A stretch of 64,000 bases of DNA from an uncultured Planctomycetaceae bacterium (GTDB lineage Bacteria > Planctomycetota > Planctomycetia > Planctomycetales > Planctomycetaceae): assembly GCA_963815195.1 (NCBI GenBank), contig CAWFGE010000019.1, positions 64,001 through 128,000 of the forward strand. The letters run 5' to 3'. Positions 1-9,822 of this stretch are shown in pieces. The position numbers and the translations under genes are program-made. The stretch's first letter is position 1. The number at the start of each line of letters is the position of its first letter. The notes under the pieces are model-generated. The model was not told the origin of the DNA. It saw only the letters and a program-made list of their open reading frames with translations, and ran no database searches.

Positions 1-304
1 CGGTGAGGAGCGCATCGATGCGTTCGTTAAGAATGCGATTTTTTTCCTTCCGCGAGAGCGGGGAACTGCCGTTGGCGACGAACACTCCCGAGCCCCGCCG
101 CGTTTGCACGACGCCTTCGGACTCGAGTTCCCGATAGGCCCGGGCCACGGTGTTGGGATTGATCATCAACTGCTCGGCGAGCCGGCGGACCGAGGGGAGT
201 TTTTCCTCGACCTCCAGCCGCCCCGACGCGACCAGGAACTTCACCTGGTTCACGACCTGCTGGTAATAAGGCGTGCCGTCGGCTTCGTTGACATAAATCT
301 GCAT
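1..304 (-). CDS. GntR family (YtrA subfamily) transcriptional regulator, 3' end runs off the window
   Basis: Not in the ORF track. Manual translation from ATG 304 gives MQIYVNEADGTPYYQQVVNQVKFLVASGRLEVEEKLPSVRRLAEQLMINPNTVARAYRELESEGVVQTRRGSGVFV, a typical GntR wHTH. GGAGG RBS at 311-315. Confidence 0.92.
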   Translation of the reverse strand, partial: MQIYVNEADGTPYYQQVVNQVKFLVASGRLEVEEKLPSVRRLAEQLMINPNTVARAYRELESEGVVQTRRGSGVFVANGSSPLSRKEKNRILNERIDALLT

Positions 305-323
305 CTCGCGCCTCCAATACAAC

Positions 324-343
324 TGTATTAACACAATAATACA
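324..343. promoter_or_regulatory. Palindromic operator TGTATTA-N6-TAATACA, probable autoregulatory site of the YtrA-type regulator
   Basis: Perfect 7-bp inverted repeat about 20 nt upstream of the gntR start. Resembles TGTA...TACA YtrA-family operators. Confidence 0.65.
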
Positions 344-719
344 ATAGGAGTCGCGATGTCAATAGCTGCGGATGCCTGATTTTTCGTGCACGAAGCGAGG
401 TTGCCCGCACGATCGTCCAAGCCGAAGACGCTCTGAAGCCCTGAACAGTAGGCTAGAAAGAACCTTTTCAAAAATTCCCGTCTTTGAGGATTTCGGATAG
501 AAGTTTGGCATTTGGCCCGGTAACATAACGGCAACCGGGATCGATGACATGTCCCATTTGAGAATATTGTCCTTCCTCGCAAAGTGTGCGGGAAAGGATG
601 TTTTATCGGCGAAGAGAGCCCCTCGGTGTTTTTTCATAACGCCCCAGGGGCTTTTTTTGTTGACGCAAACCGTTCAAAAGTGGCGATGAGGAAGTGCCCG
701 CAAATGCGGGAGAACCGAC

Positions 720-1820
720 ATGAAAAATCAAGAGCAAAATCCACCAGCCGTTCTGATCGTCGAGGATGACGCCGATGCCCAGGCCAACCTGCGGGATTTT
801 TTGGAATCAGAGGGATACGAAGTACAATCCGCCCGCACGTTCCGCGAAGCGTTGAAACAGGAACGCCCCGACCGGTTTACCGCGATCCTGCTCGACCGGA
901 CATTGCCCGATGGAAGCGGCGACGATCTGTTGCCCTACTTCCGAAAATCGGCTCCGCAAACCCCCGTGGTCATGATGACGGGCTATGCCCATGCGGACGG
1001 CGCGGTCCTGGCGCTCCGGCACGGAGCGGCGGAGTTTTTGCCCAAACCGTTCGAGCCGGCCATCCTCAAGTTCCATCTCAGCCGCATCCGCGAGCAACAC
1101 CGGATGCGGCAGGAACTGGCGGAATCCCAGCGGAGGCTGCTCCAGTCGGAACGATTGGCGGCGATCGGCCAGACGATCACCGTGATCTCGCATGAATCCG
1201 TTAACAAGCTTTCCACCCTCCGCCTGCTGTTCCACCTGTTGCCCGTGAACTTCGCCCACCGGGATCGCTGCTTGGAAATGATCGGCGAAGGCCGGCAGTG
1301 CGTGGACGACTTGATTCGCTTATTTAAGGACGTTCGCGGATACGCGGCGCCGCTTCACTTGGAAATCGCCTCCTGCGACCTGAGAACCATCTGGCGAAAA
1401 GCGTGGGCGAGCCTGCAAGCCACCTGGCAAGATCGGGAGGTCGTATTTGATGATGACATCGAGACCGGGAATGCCACTTTGATGGGAGATGCGTTTCGCC
1501 TGGAACAGGTTTTCCGCAATCTGTTCGAGAACTCTCTGGCGGCCTGCCCCACGGAGCCCGTCGTCATTCAGATTTCCTGCTCGCGCGGACGGAACGGCTC
1601 GCTCACCGTGGCGGTCCGGGATAACGGACCGGGCCTCCCCGAAGATGATCGGTCAAACATCTTTGAGGCCTTCTTCACGACAAAACCGGAAGGAACCGGC
1701 CTGGGCTTGGCGATCGTCAAGCGTATCATCGAAGCTCATGCCGGGACCATTTGCGTAAGCGATGAGACGACGCAGGGGGCGGAATTTGTCATGGCATTTC
1801 CGCAGGGAAACGGTTGTTGA
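720..1820 (+). CDS. Hybrid response regulator / histidine kinase (REC-HisKA-HATPase)
   Basis: VLIVEDD and [11 protein letters not shown] receiver motifs, H-box ISHE, N-box [28 protein letters not shown]. Confidence 0.93.
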   Translation: MKNQEQNPPAVLIVEDDADAQANLRDFLESEGYEVQSARTFREALKQERPDRFTAILLDRTLPDGSGDDLLPYFRKSAPQTPVVMMTGYAHADGAVLALRHGAAEFLPKPFEPAILKFHLSRIREQHRMRQELAESQRRLLQSERLAAIGQTITVISHESVNKLSTLRLLFHLLPVNFAHRDRCLEMIGEGRQCVDDLIRLFKDVRGYAAPLHLEIASCDLRTIWRKAWASLQATWQDREVVFDDDIETGNATLMGDAFRLEQVFRNLFENSLAACPTEPVVIQISCSRGRNGSLTVAVRDNGPGLPEDDRSNIFEAFFTTKPEGTGLGLAIVKRIIEAHAGTICVSDETTQGAEFVMAFPQGNGC

Positions 1821-1829
1821 TTTTCTAAT

Positions 1830-2801
1830 TCACCGCCCACGAGGCGATTCGCCGGCTTCGGACATCAACGGCGATCCCGCGGGCAGAATCACGGGAAGGC
1901 GGCTCTCGGCGATCTCGAATTCAAAGCGGGTCGCCTCGACCGGTTCTCCGTCGAGATTCATTTGAAACGGCTCCCGGGTTTCGAGCGTGAACGACTTGAA
2001 CTGATAATAATCCACGAACTGGCGGTCTTCGAGGTCCGGATTGGTCATCTCGTGATAAACCGCCCCCCAGCGGGGAAACTCCGCATCGCGCACCAAAACC
2101 AAATCGAGCAGCCCGTCATTGAGCAAGGCCTTCGGCGTCACTTGATAACCGCCGCCGCACTGCCGGCCGTTGCCCACGGCGACCAAGAGCAGATTGCCTT
2201 CCTGAAGATGATCCTCCATCGTCAATCGCGCCTCGTAGGGCCGATAGTTGATGGCGGTGAGCAGGCCCATTAGCGAATACGCGGCCCCGCCCAAGAGTTG
2301 TTTCATCTCGTCGGGCGTGTTTGCCGTGACTTCGGCCCCGAACCCGCCGCTGACGACGTTGACGAAATATCGCCCGTTCATCCGCCCGACATCCATCAAA
2401 CGGACCCGCCCGCCCGCGGCGAGTTTCAACGCTTCCAAGGGCGTGGCGGCACTCAATCCGCTCGCCGCCGCAAAATCGTTGGCGGTTCCCAAAGGCATCA
2501 CGGCCAAGGCGGTTCGCGGGGACGATTCGCCGGCGAGCATGCCGCCCGCGACTTCGTTCAGCGTGCCGTCGCCTCCGCCCGCGACCACCACGTCCACCGC
2601 GTCCTCCACCGCTTCCCGGGCAAAGCGGGCGGCATCGCCGGCTTCCCAGGTGACGCGGACGTCAACCGAAACGCCGGCTTCGCGGATGATTTCGATGGCT
2701 TCGCGCAAACTGGGGAATTTGGCCGTGCGCCCGTGCAGGACAAGCCGCAATCGCCGCTTTTCGGCAAGTTCTGCTCGATCGTCCATCAAATACTCCGGCA
2801 T
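1830..2801 (-). CDS. yegS: YegS/Rv2252/BmrU family lipid kinase
   Basis: RVTWEAGDA, AGGGDGTLNEV, PLGTANDFA, GNGRQCGGG, NLDGE motifs. Start placed at ATG 2801 after a purine-rich RBS. Confidence 0.88.
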   Translation of the reverse strand: MPEYLMDDRAELAEKRRLRLVLHGRTAKFPSLREAIEIIREAGVSVDVRVTWEAGDAARFAREAVEDAVDVVVAGGGDGTLNEVAGGMLAGESSPRTALAVMPLGTANDFAAASGLSAATPLEALKLAAGGRVRLMDVGRMNGRYFVNVVSGGFGAEVTANTPDEMKQLLGGAAYSLMGLLTAINYRPYEARLTMEDHLQEGNLLLVAVGNGRQCGGGYQVTPKALLNDGLLDLVLVRDAEFPRWGAVYHEMTNPDLEDRQFVDYYQFKSFTLETREPFQMNLDGEPVEATRFEFEIAESRLPVILPAGSPLMSEAGESPRGR

Positions 2802-2864
2802 CGCGCGTTCCCTCTCTTCGTCTTCGACGGAAAAACCAACGATTGCTCCGTGCAAAAAAGATGC

Positions 2865-3644
2865 CTATTGCGGCGGAACCCCCAGCGATTTGCCGCCGTC
2901 GATCGCAATCGCGGTCCCCGTGACCATCGCGGCCGCCTCGCAGGCCAGGTACAAAATCGCATCCGCAACTTCATCGGGCCGAATCATCCGCTGTTGAGCG
3001 CGGGCCAAGGGACTCGCCGAGATGAATTGCCGGATCGCCGCCTCGCGGTCCTCGGCCTGGTCCAGGTCGGCGTTCATCATCCCCGTGTCGCCCACAGGTC
3101 CCGGACACACGCAGTTGATGCGAATGCGGTCCTTCGCGTGGCAAAGGGCCAGGCTTTTCGTCATCGCCACCATCGCCATCTTGCTGAGGGAATACACCGG
3201 ATCATGAGCCCGGGGCAACAGGCCCGCGTTGCTGGCGGTGTTGACGATCACGCCGCCCCGCCCGGCATCGAGCATGTGCCGGATGGCATGCTTGGAACCG
3301 AAGAACGCCCCCTTGAGATTCGTCCCCAGGCAGCGGTCCCAATCCTCTTCGCTGACCTCGGTGATCTGTTTGACCATCCCGATCCCGGCGTTGTTGACGA
3401 GAACATCGATCCGCCCCGTCGCCTCGACCGCCTCGTCGATCAATCCGCGAATCGAAGTCTCCTGCCGCACGTCGCAAGACTTCTGGATGATGCCCAGCGG
3501 CCCAAACGCGGCTTCGTTCTGGTCATCGGGAGACAAATCCCCTACGAACACCTTCGCTCCCGCCTGGGCGAACTTCAAAGCCGTCGCCCGTCCAATCCCG
3601 CTCGCCCCGCCCGTCACGACCACAGTGCGCCCGTTAAAGTCCAT
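2865..3644 (-). CDS. SDR family NAD(P)-dependent oxidoreductase
   Basis: TGGASGIG, NNAG, YSLSK catalytic motif, IDGG. Confidence 0.93.
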   Translation of the reverse strand: MDFNGRTVVVTGGASGIGRATALKFAQAGAKVFVGDLSPDDQNEAAFGPLGIIQKSCDVRQETSIRGLIDEAVEATGRIDVLVNNAGIGMVKQITEVSEEDWDRCLGTNLKGAFFGSKHAIRHMLDAGRGGVIVNTASNAGLLPRAHDPVYSLSKMAMVAMTKSLALCHAKDRIRINCVCPGPVGDTGMMNADLDQAEDREAAIRQFISASPLARAQQRMIRPDEVADAILYLACEAAAMVTGTAIAIDGGKSLGVPPQ

Positions 3645-3705
3645 CGGAAGTGTTCCCCAAGGAATAAAAATCAATAACAGCGGAGACCCAACCCGAAGTG
3701 TTTTC

Positions 3706-4446
3706 TCATCGAATTTGCTTTATTACGAACGCCCGCAAGCGGTCATAATGCGGTTGAAACCACCGAACCGGCACGTCGAGCGTCTTTTTCATTTGTTTGA
3801 TTTCCTGTCGGAATGCGCTGTTTTTTAGGCTTGCGAGTTGATGAATCCGCAACAATGACGCGGGGTGGCGGTGTATGACGGCGGGCGTATTGTGCAAGGT
3901 AACAAACGGCAAGCGAGGCGTTTCCCAATGATAAGCGAGGATTCGCCTCCGCCTGTTCGGGGGGCACATTAAAGCCGCGCGCCGAAAACCGACGCAATTC
4001 GTTCTAAGCTGGTTGTCCAATACAGGGCGAAATCGAGCATAGTCAAAATACCAGGAATTCCAAACAAATCCCGGGACCCCGAGCGTATCGGGCAGCATCT
4101 CCCGGAGAGACGGTGCGAAGAAATCGTCGTCGTCACAGGGAACGATCAGCGAACCATTGGGCATTTTCGGGAATTCCCGCTCAAACGCATCAAGCCCCAC
4201 AATGAGTTTCGCCCCGCTGACCTTTTGCAAATTGGATAACGTCTCTTCCCGGATGCGTCTTCTGAATTCCCAATACGGGCATCGAAAGTTAGCGTTCCAA
4301 AAACGTTGAGTCTCGGGACTTAATGCAAAGCGGATGCCGGGCCCGGGCTTGTCCCGCATCGATTGTGTTTGCATTTCGCGTTGATCCGCGTAACGCATTG
4401 CGGTTCTGACAACGATGTAGAGTTCATATTTCATGAGTTGCTGCAT
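3706..4446 (-). CDS. Hypothetical protein with a PCDDDDFF acidic motif (possible GT-A-like fold)
   Basis: 246-aa ORF filling the gap between two same-strand genes. The DxD-like motif is the only recognisable feature. Confidence 0.55.
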   Translation of the reverse strand: MQQLMKYELYIVVRTAMRYADQREMQTQSMRDKPGPGIRFALSPETQRFWNANFRCPYWEFRRRIREETLSNLQKVSGAKLIVGLDAFEREFPKMPNGSLIVPCDDDDFFAPSLREMLPDTLGVPGFVWNSWYFDYARFRPVLDNQLRTNCVGFRRAALMCPPNRRRRILAYHWETPRLPFVTLHNTPAVIHRHPASLLRIHQLASLKNSAFRQEIKQMKKTLDVPVRWFQPHYDRLRAFVIKQIR

Positions 4447-4541
4447 CCGCCCCGGCGTTTCTCAGACGTCAGCGGAGAGCCAGACAGAAATGCGGTCCGG
4501 CTCTCCGCACTCCGCCCGCAACGAGCGTGTAAGCCGACAGT

Positions 4542-4585
4542 AAAGAAGAAAACGCCCCGGCGGAACCGGTTGCTCCATCGGGGCG
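4542..4585 (-). terminator. Rho-independent terminator after the Gfo/Idh/MocA gene
   Basis: On the minus strand, stem CGCCCCG...CGGGGCG followed by TTTTCTTCTTT. Confidence 0.6.
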
Positions 4586-4622
4586 AATCGTTTCATGATC
4601 TGTCAAACGACGGCCGCGTTTT

Positions 4623-5972
4623 TCACGCCTGGACGCCGGCCAGGTGCAGGCCGAAGCCTTCGCGGTATTCGCGTTTGATGAGGTGCTCGGAGTTGGGCAT
4701 GTTCGTGATCTTCATGTTCTTCGCATCCCATTCGACTTTTTGACCGGCTTTGAGGGCGACGTTCCCCAGGAGGATCGTTTCCGTCAAGCGGCCCGCGTAA
4801 TCGAAGTTCGACATGGCCGCCGGCCCGCCTTTGCACGCCGCGGCATATTCGCCGAAGTGGTCGTTGGTCCGGGGCAGCGTGGGTTCGGGCTTTTTGTAGT
4901 CGGCGTATTTGTCTTCGGGAAGCAGGTAGAACTGGCTGCCGTAGTCGTTGGGAGAATACAGCGTGCCTTTGCTGCCGATGACCAGCGAGCCGCTGTCTTT
5001 GAAGGGCTTGCCGTGGAGCAGTTTCTGATCGGGCCGTTTGCCGCCGTCGTACCAGGTGAATTTCACCGGCGGGCGGCCGTTGGATTCGGGGAATTGGAAC
5101 TCGATCCGCGAGTATTTCGGATAGGTTTCGTTTTCGACGATTCCCGACGATTCGACGGCTTCCACGGTGACAGGATCAAACAGGTTGAGGGCCATCACCG
5201 CCATGTTCGCGGTATGGCAGGCCATGTCGCCTAAGGCCCCTGTGCCGAAGTCGAGCCAGCCGCGCCATTTGAACGGATGGTAAACGCCGTTGACGTAAGG
5301 CCGCTTGGGGGCGGCTCCCAGGAACAAATCCCAATGCAGGTATTCGGGGACCGGATCTTCGCCGTCGGGCCGGCCTTGGCCTTGCGGCCAGATCGGGCGA
5401 TTGGTCCACACGTGGACTTCGCTCACATCGCCGAGCGCCCCGGCGCGGATGATTTCCACCGCTTCCCGCAGGCCGGCATGGGCGGTGCCCTGGTTGCCCA
5501 TCTGCGTCGCGACTTTTTTCTTCTTGGCAAGTTCCCGCATCATCCGGGCTTCATACACGGACCACGTCAAGGGCTTTTGGGTGAAGCAGTGCTTGCCCAG
5601 ACTCATCGCCAGCGTGGAGGCCGGGGCGTGCGTGTGGTCGGGCGTGCTGACGGTGACCGCGTCGATCTCCGTGCCCATCTCTTCGAGCATCTGGCGGTAA
5701 TCGGTGAACTTTTTCGCTTTGGGAATCCGGACGGCTTTTTGCTCCAGGCGCTTTTCGTCCGCATCGCAAAGAGCCACCACGTTTCCGAATCGCACGGCCG
5801 AGTCCGTGTCGCTGCTGCCTTTGCCGCCTACGCCGATGCAGGCGAAGTTCAGCCGTTCCACCGGCGAGCGCTCCTGGGCTTCCAACGATTGCGTGCTCAG
5901 CCACCAGGCGGCGGCCCCGGCACCGAGTGCCGACTGTTTGACGAAATCGCGACGTGTCGTTTTCTGAGTCAT
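4623..5972 (-). CDS. Gfo/Idh/MocA family oxidoreductase with Tat signal
   Basis: [11 protein letters not shown]at motif, [29 protein letters not shown]. Confidence 0.93.
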   Translation of the reverse strand: MTQKTTRRDFVKQSALGAGAAAWWLSTQSLEAQERSPVERLNFACIGVGGKGSSDTDSAVRFGNVVALCDADEKRLEQKAVRIPKAKKFTDYRQMLEEMGTEIDAVTVSTPDHTHAPASTLAMSLGKHCFTQKPLTWSVYEARMMRELAKKKKVATQMGNQGTAHAGLREAVEIIRAGALGDVSEVHVWTNRPIWPQGQGRPDGEDPVPEYLHWDLFLGAAPKRPYVNGVYHPFKWRGWLDFGTGALGDMACHTANMAVMALNLFDPVTVEAVESSGIVENETYPKYSRIEFQFPESNGRPPVKFTWYDGGKRPDQKLLHGKPFKDSGSLVIGSKGTLYSPNDYGSQFYLLPEDKYADYKKPEPTLPRTNDHFGEYAAACKGGPAAMSNFDYAGRLTETILLGNVALKAGQKVEWDAKNMKITNMPNSEHLIKREYREGFGLHLAGVQA

Positions 5973-6105
5973 GTTGCGTCCTCCAACTAGGGTTCCCGCC
6001 GCGAAAAACGACGGAGCACAAAGAACAAGACCTGGACAAGGTTGATTACCCGACATCATACCAGACATTGTTCCTGCGCCTAGGAAACGGGCATCAGGCG
6101 TGTGT

Positions 6106-6220
6106 GCTCTTTCACCTCCCCTTGCTTGGGGAGGTGAAATCCATCATTCATTCCATTCATTGATCATCACACAAAAAGATCATCCACGTCTACCCCCCCC
6201 CCCCCGATTCGCCGGAAGAG
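6106..6220. repeat. Dispersed intergenic element, copy 1 (hairpin plus TGATCAT palindrome); copy 2 at 59279-59381
   Basis: TTTCACCTCCCC-loop-GGGGAGGTGAAATCC...TGATCATCACACAAAA.GATCATCC.CGTC...CCGATTCGCCGGA.GAG is present in both copies. Confidence 0.8.
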
Positions 6221-6318
6221 ACAAAAATCTCGCATCGGCCGCCCAGCCCTCCTTGGAAAAAATGAGGGCCTATCGCAAATGGATTGTGTGACTCCAGACC
6301 CCGTCATCCCAACGAGAG

Positions 6319-7202
6319 TTACTGCTTCAAACGGTCGATCAGGTAGTCCGTCGAGCTTTTGTACTTGGGATGCGACTGACCGGGATGCACGAGGACCACA
6401 TCGACACCGACGTCTTTAAGTCGTTCCGCGAGTTTGATGCCCATAATTCCCGAATGTGTGGGGTCTTTCGGCGATGCCCCGACGACGGGAACCTCGCCGC
6501 GGTAGAACAGACCAATCGGCGGGTCGTCTTTGGAAACGTGGGCCATCGGAGAATACTCTTTGATCCAGGGCAGAACTTTCTCGCGGTTGTCGATCAGGCT
6601 TTGAATGTTCGGCAACCCGAACGCGTGCGCCCGTAGCTGTAGTTGGGCATCCATTCGCGAAGCTCCTTTGGATCGAGCGAGACTTGGGCCCCATTGACGG
6701 CGGCACAGTCGAGGCGGGTCGATTCTCGCGCGATGGGATCGTCACTGTTCGGATCGGCCAGGTCATCGTGAAATGCCAGCCAAAGCGAAGAACATGTGCC
6801 CGCCGACCCGCCGGTGGCCCCGATCCGTTTTTTGTCGAGGTTCCATTCCTTGGCTTTGGAGCGAACGAATTGCAAAGCGCGGGCCGCATCATGAAGCGGC
6901 GCTTTGACGGGTGGTTCCACTTTGTCTTTGACGCCGTTTTGCACGTAGCGGTAATTGATGGCGACAACCGAGATGCCCTGGTCCAAAAACGGCTTCGGAT
7001 TGGTTTTCTTGTCGCCCGCTCGCCAGCCTCCCCCATGAATGTAGAACACGACCGGAGTCGGTCGATCCGAGTTTGCGGGGTAAAAATCCAACACCTGTCG
7101 CGGATGCTTCCCATAGGCCACATCCTTCAGGGGTTTGAGTTCCTCCGCAAAGCACTCAGGCACCACAAAAACAAGGCTGAGCATCACGAGAATTGACTTC
7201 AT
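6319..7202 (-). CDS. Secreted alpha/beta hydrolase (esterase-like), split by one frameshift near 6630
   Basis: Signal peptide, HGGGW and GGSAG in ORF 6594..7202. The C-terminal half (DPTHS) is in ORF 6319..6654. One extra G restores YGAHAFG. Confidence 0.85.
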
Positions 7203-7248
7203 CTGGCCGGTTCCTTTTCAAAGAGTTTGACATTTCCAGAGCAAGAGT

Positions 7249-7842
7249 TCAGAACTTCCCCGGATTTCCGGGTCTCCGATTTCCCATCCAGCTTGCCGAT
7301 CCGAGGGATAAAAGGCAACCGACCGCGAAGTCGCTTGCAACATCATGGCGCCGACTCAGACTTTTCTCCAACAGAAACGAACTTGTTGGATTTGGTGTCT
7401 TAGCTTCCTGGGCAAGAAGATTTTCTGCGGCCGTAGGCGAATATGTCCGTAGTTGCATCGATTTGGTGCCATCGGACCAGATTTCTTGTGGTCGTTCCGT
7501 CCTCTCAAGGCGACACAAATGGTCCGTTGGGAGAAGTCTGGATTTGAGGAATTCTGAAATGCGTTTCCAAAATGCGGTTTCTAAAAATCGATCGTCTTGA
7601 ACAAAACAAACCTTTTTTATGCGATCCTGGTATTCACCCAAGACGGCAATGGCACCGCCGATATGATCGTTGTGGCTATGAGAGACCACCAATCGCTCAA
7701 CAAACTCTACACCTGAACGACGCAGAAACTGCAATACGATTTGGTCGTTTTGAAGGCCGCAATCGATCACGATTGCCCGGCGCTCTCCAAGCAAGATGAC
7801 TTGGCATGTGCCCTGGCCAGCATCGAGAAAGAACACTTCCAT
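7249..7842 (-). pseudogene. ComEC/Rec2-like MBL-fold hydrolase, C-terminally truncated
   Basis: FLDAGQG, IDCG and SHSHNDHIGG motifs. The sequence degenerates after NPTS and the later metal-ligand motifs are missing. Confidence 0.7.
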
Positions 7843-7867
7843 CCAGCGTTCCTCGAAAGTTGCCTAT

Positions 7868-8062
7868 TTACCACCCAGCTTCAGGCAGATTCTTAGTGGA
7901 ACCAAGCACATCATGAACCAGGCGGTCATATTCCGCCTTGGATTCCTCGGTGCCGTGCGGCCCCAAGTCGAAGTCGCGGCCGTTGATCGTGACGACGGCC
8001 AAGCCGGAGGGCTTGTGATGGCGGTACTTCGGGATGCGTTGAGACATGGCGGCGGCCTCCAA
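7868..8062 (-). pseudogene. N-terminal remnant of a tyrosine integrase
   Basis: PKYRHHKPSGLAVVTINGRDFDLGPHGTEESKAEYDRLV resembles the N-terminus of planctomycete phage-type integrases. No catalytic domain. Lies just downstream of the tRNA. Confidence 0.65.
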
Positions 8063-8164
8063 TCGGTAATCCGGTAAGCTACCGGATTATCCGTGGCTTT
8101 TGGCCGCTCCGCCTGGGTGGAGCGGGTGAGCGTCAATAACGCCCTCAGCAAGATTTCTGAAAAG

Positions 8165-8237
8165 TGGACAGGGGGGGAATCGAACCCCCGACACCAGGAT
8201 TTTCAGTCCTGTGCTCTACCAACTGAGCTACCTGTCC
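8165..8237 (-). tRNA. tRNA-Phe (GAA), CCA not encoded
   Basis: GGACAGGTAGCTCAGTTGGTAGAGCACAGGACTGAAAATCCTGGTGTCGGGGGTTCGATTCCCCCCCTGTCCA forms a full cloverleaf with anticodon GAA. Confidence 0.97.
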
Positions 8238-8322
8238 AAAATGCTTATTCAAAGGTATTTTTGGTGTTTCGATCAATCAGGGCCAAGACGCCACCTAAAC
8301 CCTTTGAGCAGGAGGTGATGTC

Positions 8323-8640
8323 GTGGGCAATCCTATCAAAAAAACTCCGCAACGCAAGTACGCAAACCCCAAACCTCCAAAACCGTATCCGGGATTTCCG
8401 CTCTTCCCCCATGCGTCGGGTCAGTGGGCCAAAAAGATCCGCGGCAAGCTGGTGTACTTCGGCGTCTGGGCTTCACCCGAAGCCGCCCTCGAACGACTCA
8501 ATCGCGAGTGGCCCTATCTGAAAAATGGTCGAACCCCACCCCCCGAACACATTTCGGAAGCGGGCTGTACAGTGCGGGAACTCTCGAACGATTTCTTATC
8601 CAGCAAGAAAGCGAAGCTGCTGGCTGGCGAACTTTCTCCG
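8323..8640 (+). pseudogene. N-terminal remnant of a second tyrosine integrase
   Basis: KPPKPYPGFPLFPHASGQWAKKIRGKLVYFG...TVRELSNDFL...GELSP. The frame then runs into unrelated antisense sequence. GGAGG RBS upstream. Confidence 0.7.
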
Positions 8641-8664
8641 CCGCAAGCAGCGGGTGCCGGATGG

Positions 8665-8763
8665 TCAGAAGACCGCCGTGTTGGCGAGCGTGACCAACAA
8701 GGGATGATACCGCCACGTGCCTTTGTAGGAGATGTCCATCCCGGCTTTGCACTCGCCCGTCGG
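8665..8763 (-). mobile_element. Small IS1380-family transposase fragment
   Basis: Manual translation [29 protein letters not shown] matches my recollection of the segment following the first catalytic Asp of IS1380 transposases. Confidence 0.6.
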
Positions 8764-8778
8764 TCGGGGCTTCCGGCG

Positions 8779-9624
8779 TCAGTAATTTCCGACGGGCTGA
8801 TTGTCGTTGCGTGCGCCGAGTCTTTGCCAGGTTCCCATGGCCGAGCCGACGCCGTCCTGGGCGTTGATCGAGTCGGAAAGAAACTGCACGCTGCCGTCGG
8901 CGAGTGCGAAGTGGGCTCCGCCGGTATGTTGGCTGCCGAAGGCGTTTTGATCTCCCGAATTGATCCGCGTGAGATCGGCCGTCTGGCTCATCAGAAAGTT
9001 GCGGTTGGTGTCGGGGTGATTTGTCGAGCCGCCCCAGATGAAACCCCGGTGACTGAAGTAATCCCGCTCGCCGAATAGGAGCGTGTTGCTGGTCCCGTCT
9101 GACATCTGGATGCTGCTGTTCTGATAGAGGGTGCCGTTGCCTACGGGATTGGAGAGGTTGCTGCCCATGATGCCGATGTAATTGGAAATTCCGATTTCCT
9201 TTTTTGCGTTGACTTGCGGTTTCGACTTGTCATTCCATTCGGGATGGGAGTCGGACGGGCAGTGGAATAGCGCAAGCGTGGTGCGGAGCCGGCTGAGCAG
9301 AGTTCCGTTCGCGAGGTCCATCGTTCCGGACGGTCCCAATGTCTCAAAAAGAGGACGCTGGTCGACGTAGGGCAGGAGCATAGTTCCCCAACCCCAGCCG
9401 GTGTCCACAACATAACCCGACGGAAACTTTCCATGGGCGTCGTGGTAGTTGTGCATCGCCAGCGAGAGTTGCTTCAGGTGGCTTTTGCATTGGGTGCGGC
9501 GGGCGGCTTCTCGAGCCGCTTGAACCGCCGGCAGCAACAGCGCAATCAGCACGGCGATAATGGCGATGACGACCAACAATTCAATCAGAGTGAAGGCCCG
9601 GCGTTTTGTTCTAGGACTTGTCAT
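8779..9624 (-). CDS. DUF1559 family prepilin-type (PulG-like) protein
   Basis: AFTLIELLVVIAII..LLPAVQAAREAARR, CPSD, DGTSNT..GE, H-TGGAHFALA-DGSV (H-X9-DG). Confidence 0.93.
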   Translation of the reverse strand: MTSPRTKRRAFTLIELLVVIAIIAVLIALLLPAVQAAREAARRTQCKSHLKQLSLAMHNYHDAHGKFPSGYVVDTGWGWGTMLLPYVDQRPLFETLGPSGTMDLANGTLLSRLRTTLALFHCPSDSHPEWNDKSKPQVNAKKEIGISNYIGIMGSNLSNPVGNGTLYQNSSIQMSDGTSNTLLFGERDYFSHRGFIWGGSTNHPDTNRNFLMSQTADLTRINSGDQNAFGSQHTGGAHFALADGSVQFLSDSINAQDGVGSAMGTWQRLGARNDNQPVGNY

Positions 9625-9774
9625 GGCACAGTCCCCATTGATACGCGTGAGCGGCAAGGCGCTAGCCGCCGGTTTTGTTCTTCACGTCGCGCCATTGGGG
9701 GGCAGGAGTTCAACGCGGTAATTCAATGAAACCGAGACAACCATAAAATCCCAGGCGTCTTTCTGCCACTGTTG

Positions 9775-9783
9775 TGGTATAAC
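9775..9783 (+). promoter_or_regulatory. Extended -10 element (TGgTATAAC) upstream of the ECF sigma gene
   Basis: TGn-TATAAC lies 40 nt before the TTG start at 9823. Confidence 0.45.
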
Positions 9784-9822
9784 CGGTGGCAGGGGGTTCC
9801 CCCGATATTTGAGGCCACGCCC

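Noticed and set aside
6190..8160. attL/attR duplication of the tRNA-Phe 3' end
   Set aside because: No second copy of TGGACAGGGGGGGAATCGAA was found by eye in the window. The C-run at 6193 belongs to the dispersed repeat.
8323..9078. 251-aa ORF as an intact integrase
   Set aside because: Only the first ~105 aa are integrase-like. The rest is antisense read-through of an IS scar and the DUF1559 gene, with no catalytic R-H-R-Y residues.
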